DNA from: Styela clava
Lineage: Eukaryota
Length of the DNA stretch: 64,000 nt
Direction: 5' to 3'
Assembly: GCF_964204865.1 (NCBI RefSeq)
Contig: NC_135250.1
Coordinates: forward strand, 25,358,001 to 25,422,000
Part shown: in pieces, positions 26,281 through 39,602 of the stretch
How the letters are laid out: the number at the start of each line of letters is the position of its first letter
Position numbering within the stretch: position 1 is the stretch's first letter
The notes under the pieces: model-generated
The model's input: only the letters and a program-made list of their open reading frames with translations
Database searches by the model: none
Told to the model about the DNA's origin: nothing
Program-made: the position numbers and the translations under genes

Positions 26281-26731
26281 CAGGGGGGGGCAAACTACGG
26301 CCCGCGGGCCAAATGCGTCCCGCAAGAAAAAATGTGCGGCCCGCGGAGAAGTGCCAATGTTCCACCCAAAAAAAACGAGTTTTTGGTTTAGGTAATCTGG
26401 AAAGTGCGAGCAATTTCAATCTCATTGCGTAGTAGCCTATAGCAGTCATATTAGCAAAACTAGCGAGTAATATCCTGTTGCAAACTACACAATGTTATAA
26501 AAACGTATTTCTCACTGAATTCGTTTAAAGTCGGTGTGATAATAAATTTGGATAGCAGTTTATTAAAAATTTATGCGTTTTAACTCACCATTTCTGCAAG
26601 GACCACCTAACACTGCCGTACGATCAATAACAAAAAGAAACAATTCTTGGTGTCGGAAGCTACCAGAAAGACTATGTTCAATAAAAATGCGGCCCGCGGC
26701 TTCACCCAGTTACTTTTACCTAGCCCTCCTG
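26281..26731. mobile_element. hAT-type MITE (degenerate 3' end)
   Basis: Starts CAGGGGGGGGCAAACTACGGCCCGCGGGCC; GCGGCCCGCGG near the other end. Absent from the homologous region upstream of copy A; no clean TSD. Confidence 0.6.
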
Positions 26732-27849
26732 TAATAAAGGTTGCACACTCCTCATCTAAGTAATTCCTTTTATCTAAACCTCTCGGAAGTTTGAATAGAA
26801 GAATGTAGAAACAGATCGAACATATCTTCATTAGGTTATTGTGTTTGAATATTTGATAAAATACAGCATATTGTTCTAAAAAACGATGCCGCATTTAACC
26901 AACTGCCAGACGACCTTGCTTTATTGCACGTAATTGAACACCTAATTGAACTCTATTGCGGAAACAATAGTCATTGAGCAAGCTAGTAAAGAATTAGCTT
27001 TTGCTTGGTTCGTATTCAAATTATGTAATTTTTTTGCGCTTTTTATCTCCAAAAATCTCTTTACAATCGGTCACTTAGGCTCGGAGGTTAAATCGTTCAT
27101 TCGTAAAAAAAAATAACAACGTTGAGACTTCGACTGTTGTAACGCTTTCATAATATTTAATATAATATTATAATTCAATTGTAATATTTACACGACACCG
27201 CGTATTAGGTTTTAATATTTCAACCTAAGCGCACAATGCGCAAAAGTTTTTTTTATTTATTTAGGTATTGAGTGGAATTTGGCCACCATTCGCATTCTTT
27301 GTGGTTTTGATGAGCATGAAACTTATTTTTGCAGTAGTCATAGATCCACGCAACGTCCGAATGAAAGTTTTACAAATATGTGCTTCGTTTATCCACAATA
27401 CGATTTTTCACCCCATTGTACAATGTCCCCAATGAAACCGCTTACATTCAACGTCTAATTAAAACAAAGTGTGAAATGGGTGCCGACATCGCAGGGTTTT
27501 TGACCGCAAACAACGTAAGTTGAATAAAATTACAAAACATACAAATTTATGACTAATGTTGACAGTTTGTCTGTGTGGGATGCGCTTTTAATGACGAGCT
27601 CTAATTTATGTCAAGATTTTTCTTTGGAACAAACGAGAGTGACATCTAGGGCTGGTCCTTTTTGAAGACCTCGTATTCCATAATCTAATCGAATAATTTT
27701 TTCGAATTGAATCTTGAATAATTAGGAAATGTGTATGGTATGTGACTATTTTATGAAATGGGTCCTCTTAACACATGAATTCTTGAAAAAAAAACAGAAT
27801 CCATCACTCATACATTTTGCAAAATGCTCACACACAATAAGAAACACTT

Positions 27850-28180
27850 TTATTGGATCTCCGCTTTAGGAGACCCTTATTATCGGTCGTTCTGTCTGCC
27901 TGTCAGTCTGTGTCTCTCTGGCTGTCTGTCTGTCTGTTTAGCTGTGGTGTATAAACTACTGGGCCGGTCTGGTTGAAATTTCTCACGTGGGTCACATTGA
28001 TATTGATATATTTTTTCACATTTTATCCCAGGGATCCTTGGTGCCTATGAGCTTGTTTATCAATAACTCACTGGGACGAAGAGATTCCGATGCCAGGATT
28101 GGATAATATAAATATGGCTTCAGCAACAAAGAATTGGGGTGTTTTCACCTCAAACAAAGGCGGACAGAAAAAAATAAGAA
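27850..28180 (+). mobile_element. DINE-1/HINE-like non-autonomous element
   Basis: TTATTGGATCTCCGC..GGAGA hairpin, internal (GTCT)n microsatellite, TGAAATTT block, and a distal GGCGGA complement. Confidence 0.45.
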
Positions 28181-28428
28181 GTTGGCCGCGATTCGAAGTT
28201 CTAAACCGATTCGAATACTTCACTATTCGAAATGCCTATATCTAGTCATATCTGGCAAAGTAACTAGTAATTCACACAAAGGCATGTAATACCAAACCAA
28301 TTGTATTTTATTCCGTATAAATGTGTGTTTTATTCAATGGTAGATAGTGAAACATACTGTTGAGTAATATAAGGAACAAGTGTCATTATGAACTATTTTA
28401 AACCGTTTACATGAAATGCCATAGTTAA

Positions 28429-28799
28429 AACAAGAGAGCGATGCTCTAATATATGGAAACGAAGGCCAAAACGAAGTAGCATGGTTATACAATCTGTCAC
28501 AGTATACTACCGGAAGCGCCTGACCACGTGATCGCGAACCCACCACAAGGTTGCACAATTTTTTATTTTGACGACACATCGCACATAAAGGAACGAATAC
28601 CTCAGAGTTCAAGGAAATTTTTAAAATAAATAAAAGTAATAGACTTCTAGCAAAAAATGCAATCTATACCCAGTGAGCATTTCAAAGCAATCGGCCCCGA
28701 AGTTAAAGAAAAAGCGATTGGTTTCGTAATAATAAAATAAATTCTAACAAAAACAACAACACAATAACAAAACGATCGGTATGTCCACTTAGTGTCCAA
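28429..28799 (+). mobile_element. AACAAGAGAGC..ATATATGG family element (HINE-like)
   Basis: 5' AACAAGAGAGCGATGCTCTAATATATGG, (AAC)n-rich 3' part, terminal GTGTCCAA. Confidence 0.55.
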
Positions 28800-29014
28800 G
28801 AAATGATAAAATGGGTGCTCACATCGAAAGTTTTCTGATCGCAGTTAATAATAAAAATAGTTTTATACACGAACATATACATCTTAATAGTGAAGACTTC
28901 TTAATAATCAATCTAATGGGTTTATTCTCGAGTATATATATATTATATTTAAATAAACTCAGTCTCTATAATATAAGTTTGTGAAACAAATTCACTTGTG
29001 TTTTGTGTTATGTT

Positions 29015-31584
29015 CTAATATTCACACAAAGCTCCCATTCTTGTCCATCCTGGACTAGCATTGTGCAAACCTTGATCTATTGAGTGTTTATCCAGTTTAG
29101 AGACTAAGCCTGTCAAGGTGTAATCTGAGGGAGATTTAGGATACCCGGTGTGCCAAGGTAAAGTGGGTGCTCCAGCTCCGTTTGAAAGTATCGCTTTTTT
29201 AGTCTGAAACATACAAACAAATGAAACAGCAGCAACCTACGAATCACACTATGAAGCTTAAATTAAAATACTTAACTGTACGATTATGTACCGGTATATA
29301 ATCTGCATATAAAAGTAATATTTTGCTAAGATTTTAGGTTTGTTCTAGACCTAGACACTATCTGACGGAGGTAACGAAAATTGTTAGCTATACTTACTCT
29401 TGTGTTGTAGTACATTCCAAGCCATACAACAACAGTTCTCGATTCCTTGCGTAAGTATTCGAGTACTAAGTTGTAGTGTTCCATTGAGTAGATATTTGCT
29501 AGTTCCCAACCTTTGGATTTGCACACATTCTTAGCTTCTGGGTATTTCACATCCGATATTTTATGCAAAATAGCTTGAAAGCATTTCCCGTTGTATAAGA
29601 ACGTTGAACAATGTTCTGAAAAAAATAAACTTTTTCAAACCCAAAGTTAATACTTTTGTGCTTTGAAGCGGTACAAAAGGTAGAGAATGTTTTTTGACTT
29701 TCAATACGATTATGAATGTTATCTAAATATATTGGTAACGCAAGATTAGGATCAATTACATCCAATGGTTAATCCCAAGTATACCACCGCAATAGGATTT
29801 AATCAATTGGGCCGGATGAGCTGAACCTAAAGCACGACTGTCATTATGAAACGTTATGGTAATGAAATTTTGCTCGAACATGATTATAAAATAGTATTTT
29901 CAAATAAAAAATTTTCATTCTAGCAAGATTCCACTCAAAAATAAATTCTTTTTATTTTGCCAAACCATATTCTCGCACATACACACCCTTGTTTTAGTCA
30001 CCCTGCACAAGTTTTTGCGCAAATAACCCGTCAGAAAAAAATTTAAATCTGGTTTACGCAGTCTATTTTATTTAGAATCTAAATGTAGTGAACTTTGGGT
30101 CGACCAGGTTTTAAAATTTAAGATGACTCGCGTCACTGTGAGTCTTGTTGACTCTGGTCGAAGTTGAATCAATGACTCAAGGATCCCTAACATTGATGTC
30201 AACTATAATTACAGAAATGTTATCAATCATTAACCAATTGGACACGACGTGGTCGTATGGATCGTTTTGTTATTATGTTGTTGTTGTTGTTGTTGTTGTT
30301 GTCAGTCATTTGCTTCTTGTTGTTACTTTATGAAAAAAATCACTTCTCTCATGCGCTACTGGGCAAATTGCTTTGAAATTTTCAGTGCTTGAAGATTGTA
30401 TTTTTTTCTAGGAGGCCATTACTTTCATTTATGAGATTTTTTGATAGGCTACCAGTAACAGTATGTACGGTACGAAAAGTGCTTTGTTTTAGATTTCGTG
30501 TCCATATATTTGAGCATCGCTCTCTTGTTTTTGGTTGAAACTAAAAACCAACAAACCCAATGTCTTATGTTCAATTTTCATAGTTGTGTTGCTCAATCTC
30601 GCCAACGTATTTTCAAATTTTTCTTCCATTTCATCGATCCTGGCGCGGAGAGTTGTAGTTGCTATAATATAAAAATGAATTTTTATTGAAATATTTTGTT
30701 TGACATCATATTGTATTGCACCAAATGTAATACAACTCTGTAAATGTAATATCATTTCAAATATTATTCATGCATCTGGAACAAATAACTGGCTAACTAA
30801 TCCCATACCCGACATGGACTGGTAACCGGAAGAGTGGCCGTGGTATGATTAAGCCGCCCTATCGGCTTTCCACTCTCCGGGATAAATATGTAAATGTCAT
30901 CCTATTTTTACAACAGGGATATAATCAAAAATATATACGGTAACTCTGATTTATATATATTCTGTTTTTGATAATTTGTTGGAAGAGATACGAAACGACA
31001 AACGCGCATGTGAGAGATGATTGCAAAGCACATCATTTCTTTATTTTGTCAAATTTCCATTCTGATTTCGTGTTTAGAAGATACATTCTGAAAAATCTTT
31101 CTAAAACATGATCTTGTGATGTTTCTGACTAAAGCTGACTATAGTACCCATTAGCCTCTGGAGTCTCTCCTCTTTCCCTAAAAAAAAATTGCATTGTCCG
31201 TCACGGACTGATCAAGAAATGCCATTGATAATTATATAGTAAAAACTTACTCAACTTAAGAAAATTAAATTTTGTTCATCCCACAAAAAGCCATGAATTC
31301 ACTTTACCATTCACAACTTTTGCTTCCAGCATATCATCGACTAGATTGTAATCTACGGTTCCTTTTGGTCCAATTACTCCCCTGTCACCTTTGACCCCTG
31401 GTGGACCTCGCTTTCCAGGTCTTCCTTGAGTTGATTGATTAATTGGTGACATTACTGGGCCTTGTGTAGTCAAAAACAATGAACATATCTTTTGACAAAC
31501 TTGTTGTTGTTGGTCCGCAACGACGAACGAACGAGTTACCATAACCAGAAAGAGAAAAATGATAAATCCAATTAAATCCTTCAT
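29015..31584 (-). CDS. Secreted collectin-like protein: signal, Cys-containing N-term, short collagen (~8 Gly-X-Y), coiled-coil neck, CTLD; 4 exons, 262 aa
   Basis: Exons 31584-31308 (MKDLIGFIIFLFLVMVTRSFVVA..VCQKIC..GRPGKRGPPGVKGDRGVIGPKG), 30661-30557 (LRARIDEMEEKFENTLARL), 29615-29398 (CSTFLYNGKCF..AKNVCKSKGWELANI..VWLGM) and 29203-29015 (LPWHTGYP..GALCEY*). Phases 1/1/0 are consistent; 789 nt. Confidence 0.88.
30238..30529 (-). mobile_element. AACAAGAGAGC..ATATATGGACAC family element with (GTT)n microsatellite, in the collectin intron
   Basis: Same ends and internal blocks as 20591-20841. Confidence 0.6.
30778..30906 (+). repeat. Probable SINE-like 3' fragment
   Basis: GC-richer island (GGACTGGTAACCGG..GATTAAGCCG..ATCGGCTTTCC..GGATAAATATGTAAAT..CCTAT) in an AT-rich intron; no tRNA head seen. 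Confidence 0.3.
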
Positions 31585-33489
31585 TCTGTATCCCAACTAT
31601 TAACTAACAGAACACAAATACTTGATGATTCAATTTTATCGCGAAGCCAAAATCGTTTGCCGATACTATACATAAAAGTTGACTAATTTAATATGAACAC
31701 ATAGTCATCGCTTATATCAATTGAGATCGCTATGACAGAATATATTATATATTTCCACCAAGGTGTCCCAAACCTTATGCTTTTATGATCTTATATCCAC
31801 ATTCAAATACCTTGAAATGCCTTAACATAGCTTATTGAAGTAAACTGACAAATCTGACTTGCCGTGGAAAACCATTGAACTTGGAGGATTATTTTTAACA
31901 GTCTTCTCACCTTCCTGTCTCAATAACACTCGGGTAACAATGTAAGAATCAGACATTTCAACTGTGTTTTTGGTGTTATAGTCTTAATGGCGTTCTCATA
32001 TTGCTAACAATGCTGTCTAAATTTGTTTAAATCAAGTACTTACATATTTAAATAAATATTCTAATTTTTTAACCGTTTAAAACCAGGAAGTATGTGTGGG
32101 TTAAAAGGAAGTTAGCTGACATTTTCAATGGGTAATTCTGAGTGGATACAACATTTAACCCTTAGAAAAAGGATGGTATTTCGATTCTACAAAGCAGTAC
32201 ATTGTACGCGAAGTCAGCAAATTACAAAATATCAATGGTCAAATACATGGACACGTCATTCAAATGTCAGTGTTCCCTCGTGTGATATAAAATTGTTCCT
32301 ATGAATTTAAATAAACTACAAAATTGAGGGTGATACACTAGGTCCCGCAAGTCTAAGAGAAAACATAAAAAAAAGTTGGAAAATTATGAAATAGATCATT
32401 TAACAAGTTAGAGAACTAGGTTTCCCAACAAAATAAAACGTTGACTCTAACTCTGGAATATTCTGCTTTCAAAAACGAGTCATTGCTATATTCCGAGCTA
32501 ACTTGAATAAATATTCGAAATACTACGCGCTGAGAGCTTACACCAACTTTATAGAAACGGGTCATTTATTGGTTCTCTTGCTGCAAACTTACAGCGGAGT
32601 TGAGTCTATTTTGATCGGGCCAAATTTTTGGTGTAAATTTTGCAAACGGTGTGCGTGACTAAAATTTTCCAATCTTTTATGTCTTGTAAATGTGTCAGAT
32701 TGAGTTGAGTTTTTCAGTTGATAGAGTTTGCACCGTAGAATGTGGATATTATTCACCTAAATTATAGGGAGTAACGAGTGGGAATTTAACATGCCCATTC
32801 CTCTGCCCATTCCAAGCCCTGAACGGCTCGATGTCCGTTAAGTCTATGACCTCATAACGACGGCTAACGTCATATTGGAGGAGTTTGATCGGGGGCCACA
32901 TGGTACGATACCTGATTGAGAACTTCCGCAGTTCGCACGTTCCGTTGTTTGACAATAGGCTTATAATTTATCGAGGTTTAATGGTATAATGGAAGCAAAC
33001 AAACAGCAAAGTACTGTATTATCCAGTTCTTTCAAAAGAAACCCTGCGGTAAAAACCAAAATAGTGGTGTTGACAAAACAGAGACTCCTGTTTCAACCTT
33101 CACAACATGCCTCGAAAAGACCTTGTAGCAATGTTGATATGGATCACGCAGAAACAAGAAAAAAGACTTTAGTAGGTAGTATGATGAGAAGTATTTGGAG
33201 ATAGATTTTACTATTGCTCCCAGCAGCAAAAAGTATCGCTTCCCATGTGCCTAATCTGCGCCAAAATTCTCTCAAACGACGCAATCAAACTCGCAAAGTG
33301 AACGAAATCGTGTGGAAGTCAACGCTCAACTTCGTCTTGCAGAAAATTCATTAGAACCGCGTTTAACACGTATAATATCAAAAAGACAGCAGCAAATTTC
33401 TCAATAAATTGGATTGTCTTCTATTTGCACCGCCTACTCTTGTCGTGATTGCATTCTCTTGATTTTGTTTTGTGTTCATGACATTTTTG

Positions 33490-33572
33490 GTTAATTTTAA
33501 AGGTCTGCCGGTCCGCAAAATTTGTTTTGAAATTCTACCGGTCCGCGAACTGAAAAAGATTGAGAACCACTG
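33490..33572. mobile_element. Terminus of a hAT-type MITE
   Basis: CCGGTCCGCGAACTGAAAAAGATTGAGAACCACTG is the reverse complement of a CAGTGGTTCTCAA end; partner end not found. Confidence 0.45.
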
Positions 33573-35274
33573 GTTTAGTGGACAATGCGGTAAGACATGA
33601 ACTATACGAGACCCCACAGCAAAGTACTTTTCCCAAAATAGACGTTGACATGAAGCAGCATTTTAGTGTTCGCCCGTAACTTAGCTCAGCCATCAATCTC
33701 CTCAATTTCTGAAAGAGTGACCTTGTTTCGAACAAATTCCCATAAGAAAGCGACAGTGCGAAGTTTTCCCGCAAGTTGGTAGCTACCATTTCCGTAACTT
33801 TTGACCTAAGTTTACACGCAAGTCAAATTCTACATTCTATCTAGGAAAAGTCGTAATTTCGATAATTTCCTATCCGAAGATAATTTATTTGGCAAATGCT
33901 TCGATAAGGACAGTTTACGCAATGGCACCATACCACCAATCAGAAACAATACTTATGATAATTTTTTTTTTTTTGAAAAGTTAATATAAAATGGAGTAGG
34001 AAAAAATTGTGTTGGTGACATAAGTGATTGAAATTCTATTGTACGGTAATTCTAAAAAAATTATTAATATATTTTACAGAATATAAACATAATAGAATAG
34101 TAAGGGAATCGTTATTTATTAGTTACATTTCTGCAAAAGATACAGAAAAGGTAATTTGTTTGTAATTTCCAAATATATAACTCAAAAGAATTGCGATACT
34201 TAAATTTTTTGAGTAGTAGAGAATGGAGATAATGCAGTGGACATCAAAGATATCATATATTTCAATAATAGCTTGGAAGAATTTGTAACAGTCGTAAATA
34301 AATGAGAACTGGAGCTAATAATTTCAAAATATCCTGAAATCGGAATCGAATTTGGATTCCGCCAAAATCAACACAAACAGAAATTTAGGACGAAATCTGG
34401 TTTATATGGACCCTTAATATCCGCAATGATCCGAAATTCATACGACATCTAATTAGGTTTCAGAACTTTCTTTTAGCAAACTTGTACAGGGAATACTTCC
34501 GCCAGTATCTCATATCTAAATATATCATGTCCTCTTACATTTTTCACAAAAGTTTATAAATTGATTTTTTACAACTCATTGGCATTTCCTCTATTTCAAT
34601 ACCGTATTCCTGCGCTTTTGTTCGTTTTTGTGAATCCAAAAAATGCGAACGATTGGACTCTAAAAACATTGCATCATTAGCACGGATTCAACTCCTATTG
34701 AAGTCGATACCAGTGTGCATAATGTCCATCTCGAACATTTATGTCCCAAATAAAAATACTTAACCTACCGAATTTGAGGCAACTTTTTCGACAGAAAGTT
34801 ATTGATAACGTTGGAGGACAAACATATAGTCTTAGAAAGACCGTTAACATTGGTACAAAGTGTATTGGGAAACAAAGTACTCTCCTATGTTTGGTAAAGT
34901 TTTGAGAAAACGATAGTTTGGATATGGATGAAGTTCAGCGACTGGCAAGTACTTAAATGATTAACCATCGTCTATGGACGGCTACGCCGGCTAGTAGCAA
35001 ATTGACCCGTCATATGATTTGAAGGGTGAAACAACAAGATCGATAATTAGACGTTTCCCTTTCATGTTCGATATTTACAAAATATTTAATCCTGCAAACT
35101 CTCAATATACTTTGTGTAAGTTTATTCTGGAGTGCAATATTCAACCACATTTTAATATAGCGAATAAGTTGTAAACGTACAGGTAAAAGAGAATAAAACT
35201 AATAATGATTTTTCAATGCAAAATCTCATTTGTGTTCTATCTACACTACAGCTTTGGATGAAATAAATAGCACG

Positions 35275-35533
35275 CGAGGGCGGGCATGGTTTTTAGACTA
35301 TGGCCCAAAAATTTTCGGCCATCTAGACTGGCGGGCCATGTGAGTGTGACGTAAAAAGTAACATTTTATGATAATATATACAGTGTTACATTAGCAAATG
35401 TGGAAAAAAAAGGTCTCATGATCTATTTTTTAGCTAAAACCTCAAAGGTTTAGTTTGGGTGTGGCAGCATCAGGCAGGCCAGATTGACTTACCCAGCGGG
35501 TCGGATTTGGTCCGCGGGCCGTAGTTTGCCGTA
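35275..35533. mobile_element. Degenerate hAT-type MITE
   Basis: GCGGGCC blocks and a GGTCCGCGGGCCGTAGTTTGCC end, related to 26281. Confidence 0.4.
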
Positions 35534-35580
35534 TAGGATGACTGCCCAAAAACCTTTCATTTCCCCTTTATACTTTAGAT

Positions 35581-36412
35581 CAGGGTCGTCCAACCCATGG
35601 CCCGCGGGCCACATGTGGCCCACCGAGAAGTTTCGAGTGGCCCGCGCTGTATTTTCGAAAATAAATAAAAAAAATTGTGTAAAATTTCCAAGTGATGTAG
35701 TTAATATAAAGATTTCATACAAAGCATTTGTTCATTTTCCTGAAATGCTCTCTGCTAGCCCTTTCAAACGAGCGATGAGTGTCATTTGGAATCGAAACCA
35801 ACTGGAAAATATCGTTACTTAAATAGTCGCCTACACACTTGGGTCTTCTACTACTCTCTTTAACGTTATCCCATCTGTGAGACAATCTTCTTTTATTTTA
35901 TCACGTGGTCTCTCGTTCAAATGTAGCACCAACCAAATATTACTTGGTCAAATCTGCTGGGGACATAAATGATAATTGCCAATGTTGTGTGTTTAGGCGT
36001 GGTATGTGCATGAATAAAATCCTTGATGTTTTGGCAATCAAGAAAAATATTGATGAGTTGACAACTTTGAATTGCTTTGGCGCTTTGAATCCCCTGTGAG
36101 ATCACTAATTTCTGACAGTAATATAAAAAATTGGCCTCGCCTTGCTACATCGTCCATTTCAGCGAATATTGAAATTTTGTCGAACTTCACACCAAAATAT
36201 CTACGCGTAGAAATACCTTTGTTGACTTTACAGTATCTTCGTTTTTTTATTGTTCTTATTATTGAGAGAGTTTGATGCGAGGGTTTTGTTTGCTTTTTCA
36301 TTAACTTTTAGTCGGTGTAGCAAAACTGGAAAATAATTACCATGTTAAGTGGCCCGCGCAATTATTAGTAAACTAAATGTGGCCCGACGGCCAAAAAGGT
36401 TGGCCGACCTCG
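35581..36412. mobile_element. Non-autonomous hAT element (832 bp)
   Basis: TIRs CAGGGTCGTCCAACC / GGTTGGCCGACCTCG; 8-bp TSD CTTTAGAT at 35573-35580 and 36413-36420. Confidence 0.88.
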
Positions 36413-36679
36413 CTTTAGATTGTCTTACAAGCTTCAAATAAAATATTCAAATAAACAGAAGCCTCCGCCTGTTAAGAACAGACATCTTACCTTCCATCAA
36501 AATTTAATGAATTTTAAGATGGTAGGAAAATATCATAAGTGGTATGTGGAGAGTATCAATATATCTTGGGTATTTAGGAATATATCATAGAAATAAACTT
36601 TTGAACAATATGGCAATCACAAAACCAAGTTGGTATTACATTGAGTTATATATCGTAATCAATAAAAACTAATCGCAGA

Positions 36680-38061
36680 TCAAGATTCCAATACCTTACA
36701 CAAATTATCAATATAATATTGTCTTTTTCGTTTATCGTTGAAGGATATTTTGAAAGCTTGGCCTGAAGATCATCATATCTTCTATTGTCTCTCAAAGCCC
36801 AATATAGTAAGTGTTCAGCGACACATCGTCCATTTTTACTGTCGTTATATTTTAATAACGGGTATCAACATATATCCAACGTTTCTGGCGGTTTTCAATT
36901 TTTGTCTTCAAGCCTTTCTTGCAATCAAAGCAACAAATTATCTTTAGTTTGCATTCCCTCGTTGAACTCAAACACCGCTTGATGTACGTCCCTGTTTGTT
37001 TTGAACATTTCTCCATCCTGTTTTGAAAGTAAATCATTGCTCACGCGAAGTGTTCTCCACGCATGTCTCATTTCATATAAGCATTCTTCAAATCTAGTGT
37101 ATTCATAATCTTCGAAACGAATGCCAAGTTTCCAAAGATTATTTTTCATTTTGATTTTCCCTCTTTCCTGGTCAGTTAACCATTCCAATATTTTTATCGT
37201 GGCTTCATTGAGTTTGCAAGAGGATTTGTTAAATTCTAGGACAAATGTACTATTATAATCATTTCTAAGTTTTGTAGCAAAACGTGTTCCGCATGCAGAA
37301 ATACTGAGTGCAACGAACAATAAAAGAAATGATATTAATGCAAAGGGATATATTTTAATATACAGGTCTGTGTAGCACAGAAATGCGCCGGTTCCAACAA
37401 CCGTAGTCTCCCCAGCGAAAAGAATGCATTCAAATGCATTGGATTGGTATAGAGAGTATAATATTATGAATAATACATCGAGAATAAATGCAATGGCCGA
37501 TACAATACAAGACAGCATGCATCTTCTCAAATAATACTTCTTAATATTCTCTATCTGTCTGTTCGGCCTGTCAAAGTTGTTTACGATTACCAGATAGCAG
37601 ATCTCCAGAATCTGATCAACCTTGTTGGCGTTGACTTAAGGAATAGTAACAGCTTTTTCAAGCTCGTTTTTGCTTACATTTTGCCTACCTAATCCTTTGT
37701 CAATTTGTTTTACGTCTGAAAACATCCTTGCTACTTCAGAGGACAAAATCCGGCTGGAAAAGCACAGGTATAAAATAACAGAGGTTGCCAATGACAACAT
37801 ACCCAAAAGATCTATTATGACGCATCGTTGCGATTGAGAGAACTCATTGGATAAAGTAGACTGTTTGATAATTAAATTTGTAAGTGCTTTGTTAGGCGCA
37901 CACATTGTCGAGAATGCCGTTGTTTCGATAAATATCAGAAGGAATGAAGTAATATTCATGCCCCGCATATTATATTATTTTATTTTTTCCCACCATGGCT
38001 TGAAAGGAGACTCATCCAATAGTTCAGGTTCAATAATATCGGCTGTACCAATGGACGACAT
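36680..38061 (-). pseudogene. Intronless LRRC8/pannexin-like 4-TM channel gene with putative C-terminal death-fold domain(s); in-frame stops
   Basis: One frame from ATG 38061: MSSIG..PFKPWWEKIK*YNMRGMNITSFLLIFIETTAFSTMCAP, ungapped against LRRC8A [36 protein letters not shown] (recalled from memory). Four hydrophobic helices with 2 Cys in each extracellular loop. Stops at 37977-37975, 37638-37636 and 36927-36925 join the two listed ORFs in the same frame. The 3' end is approximate. Confidence 0.75.
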
Positions 38062-39394
38062 TTTCAATAGCAAGTGTAGACTATGAGCTACGTTTGACCT
38101 CAGAAGCAGTCACAAGTACTGGGATCGGGCGGCGCCCGGTGCCCCTCTCCGTGCTGATATATAAGCTGTGTGTAGAAATATACACAAAATTGTTTTCTAG
38201 ATATCTGTATAATATAGATGCCAGAAGTATATTTATTGAACTGAATATGAAATGAAATGAACTGAACTCAAAATTGATACTTTAATTCATTTTGCCATTA
38301 CGTATATTTTTACGTGTGTGTGTGTCCGCCCACAGTTTATTTTGATAATAATGATATCATTTTATTTGTACGTTGTTGTCTATTGCTTGGGTAGACTCTG
38401 ATATACTTTTAAGCTCTTGTTTTGAGTTAAGTTCCATTTAGGACCGCCATCTCGAAACTTCATTTACAGAGGCACGGAGGTGAAACTAACAATCTATTAT
38501 GACGCTATTGTACGTCAATAAGTGACTTATTCTAATTTTGGAAAGTTCGCATGATAAATCAGAGAAGATTGTGTATTGAGATCGAATGATTCCGAGGTTT
38601 TTATTGCAAACGGGGATTCGCTGATTTTTCACTGGTCTTGTAGCTCATTTGAGGCATGATAATTTCTAGTAATATTCTCCAATATAATCGATGTTGGCTA
38701 ATTCGAAAAATTCATATGGTATTTATCATTAATATCAACAATTTTGAAACTGTCTTTTCCAATTTGATTGAATTATATATTGAAACATTGGGCTTCCCTT
38801 CCCTAGTAATGTGTATAATATAATTAGGAGAATATGTTATTCTAATGGTAAACATGTCTTGTTGCTCCCTATGTCATAAAATAACATCAAGTAAAAAATA
38901 TCAATTTTGAAAAAAATATCAAGCATTGAGACTTCGTCTCAAATAATCTGATGCAACTGAGCAATCTTATTGGGGGCTCATTATCCTCAAAACTAGCCGA
39001 ATGTGATTCATGGTTATCTGATAGTCTTACGTAAATTCATTATTGATATTTGAAGAAAAAAGAAATAGCCACGCATATTCTTTATTGCAGCTGGGAAGAA
39101 AATGCTTTTTATATGCATAAACCAGTGGGAGACAGTATCGTTAAGCATTACTCAAGCTGATTAACAGTATTATGACGGTTATAAAAAAAAATATGACCGT
39201 TTATCTATTGCAATCAAGCATAAAATCTATTTTGACAGTTCATGTTTGAAAAGGTCGTTAAAAAGACATAATGTTTTCTGCCCTTGTCGCTGCGTTTAAT
39301 CTTTCGCCGATTTGACCGGTGCCTTTATTATTAACTATAGCTACGTTCTTTTTTCTCGTTAGCCAAAATATGTCCAGGCAGTTTTATGGATACT

Positions 39395-39602
39395 CACGTA
39401 GTATGTTTACCAGGTTAAGGTTAGGCCATAACTGTATTCCAATTTACATTTTTTTAATTGTTTTACGAGTTCGGGGACTGTTTTTGTTAGCTGAGTAATT
39501 ATACCCCGTGCCCATAGGCTTCCGTCCCTTCACAGAACTTGATGAGAAGTATGCGAACAAAATTAGTTACCTCCATATTTGTACACATACTTCTGGAGTG
39601 CC
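39395..39602. mobile_element. Degenerate MITE related to the 11592-11810 family
   Basis: CGTAGTATGTTTACC, ATTCCAATTT, TTACGAGTTCGGGGACT blocks and a terminal ACACATACTTCTGGAGTGCC. Confidence 0.45.

Noticed and set aside
35484-36301. Several 60-112 aa ORFs, likewise 26171-26449
   Set aside because: They lie inside non-autonomous hAT elements; no transposase motifs.
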